Assembly: GCA_964187785.1 (NCBI GenBank)
Contig: OZ076413.1
Coordinates: 49,106,001 to 49,170,000 of the forward strand
Direction of reading: 5' to 3'
DNA length: 64,000 nucleotides
DNA from: Amphiscolops sp. MND2022
Taxonomy: Eukaryota
Shown: in pieces, positions 63,031 through 64,000 of the stretch
Position numbering within the stretch: the first letter of the stretch is position 1
Layout of the letters: every line of letters starts with the position of its first letter
Position numbers and translations under genes: made by a program
The notes under the pieces: generated by a model
Seen by the model: the letters and a program-made list of their open reading frames with translations, nothing else
Database searches by the model: none
Told to the model about the DNA's origin: nothing

Positions 63031-63245
63031 TTGTACACATGTACAATTGTTTGTAGACTGTATATTTGTTCAGTTTTCCAATATACTTTTATTTATGTCG
63101 GTTAGATTGTTTATTTGTATTGTTGGTCTTTAGATTGTGTCACTTTTGACACTGAATCTTGTTCTGTCTGCAAGTCGGACTAAGCCCCATGAAAATGTTA
63201 TTTATTGGCTAAGAAACTACGGGGCAATGAATTCAACTTTTCTGT

Positions 63246-64000
63246 TTAGTATCTGTATTCATCAGTGAAGTTGGGGGTAGGATTAGGGCGTAAATTGTAT
63301 TTTCCTCCCCTGGGACTTTCATTTTCTACAATTGAATCATCTATTTCTTATCTGACAAATCGGGCACGATTATATCCTTCTTACTAGGATTTGAAAAATC
63401 AGGTTTTCCCGCCTCTGAGGTGCCCTCTGAGGTGGTTGTATCAGTTTCTAAATCATTATTTGATTGCTGTCCATTTGACTCAAGGTCGGTGTCGGACAAA
63501 ATTTCAGTCGACTTCTCAGGCAGTTGCTCAGACTCGTCTGAGTTAGTATCGTGTTGCAGTCTAGTGGACCGAAGGTCCAATTCGTCGAGTTCATCTGTGC
63601 GCTGCTCAGTAGCTGCGTCATCAGTATTTTGGTCGTGTCTCGTGGACCGAAGGTCTAAATCGGTAATTATGGCGTCCCGCTGATCAGAATTCATTGAAGG
63701 ATCGTCGGAAGCATTTTTGATTTCGGAGTTCGGTGGGAAATCGTCAAATTCAGTCTCCCAAGAAATAATGTAAAGATCATCCTGTGGTATGATAATTTCA
63801 TCGTCGGCGTGTAAGTTTCGCTCTGGACGGACATCACGTATGTCTGTGTTTGGAGTATATTTTCGCAATCTAATACGGTGTAAGATTTGTGTTTTGTTAG
63901 AGTTGAGTTTTCTGACGATGTAGTTTTCATTTGGCAAAACTTTTTTGATGATGTAGTGTCCAGTCCACTGGAATTCTCAAAACGGGATTTTTGATCCTTG
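63246..64000 (-). pseudogene. Gypsy pol C-terminus (integrase GPY/F region plus acidic tail)
   Basis: GSKIPF*EFQWTGHYIIKKVLPNENYIVRKLNSNKTQILHRIRLRKY. After a 1-nt shift it ends SPRGGKYNLRPNPTPNFTDEYRY*. Confidence 0.8.

Larger units (their letters stand above)
54592..64000 (-). mobile_element. 3' portion of a very large Ty3/gypsy-type LTR retrotransposon with accessory genes
   Basis: Integrase GPY/F-type tail at the right edge, candidate PPT+TG at 57040-57031, candidate LTR end ...GGTTATGACA at 54592, and a GACCGAAGGTC motif shared by both ends. Confidence 0.6.

Overview
AT-rich, repeat-dense eukaryotic (invertebrate-animal-like) genomic DNA. No prokaryotic operons, CRISPR arrays, rRNA or intact tRNA were seen. 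1-5118 is the right end of a Polinton/Maverick (adintovirus-like) endogenous virus: packaging ATPase, conserved Polinton ORFs, frameshifted minor capsid (penton), adenain-type protease and an ACTACT terminus. 6255-25323 holds six phase-compatible exons of a host inositol polyphosphate 4-phosphatase gene (CKSAKDRT). Its introns contain Helentron/DINE-1-like non-autonomous elements, hAT/Merlin/Tc1-type MITEs, a hAT transposase remnant and a nested small secreted (possibly GPI-anchored) gene. 29061-35155 is a complete but decayed Ty3/gypsy element with LTRs and a 5-bp TSD. 37830-40070 is a second gypsy fragment. 41600-54126 is a decayed LINE plus HINE caught in a nested tandem duplication/triplication. 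54592-64000 looks like the 3' part of an unusually large minus-strand gypsy element: pol tail, a ~6 kb accessory region with an antisense, intron-containing zinc-finger gene that may be hAT-transposase-derived, and a putative ~2.4 kb protein-coding LTR. That element is the best candidate for an undescribed system. All calls come from reading the sequence by eye and recalling family motifs; no searches were run.
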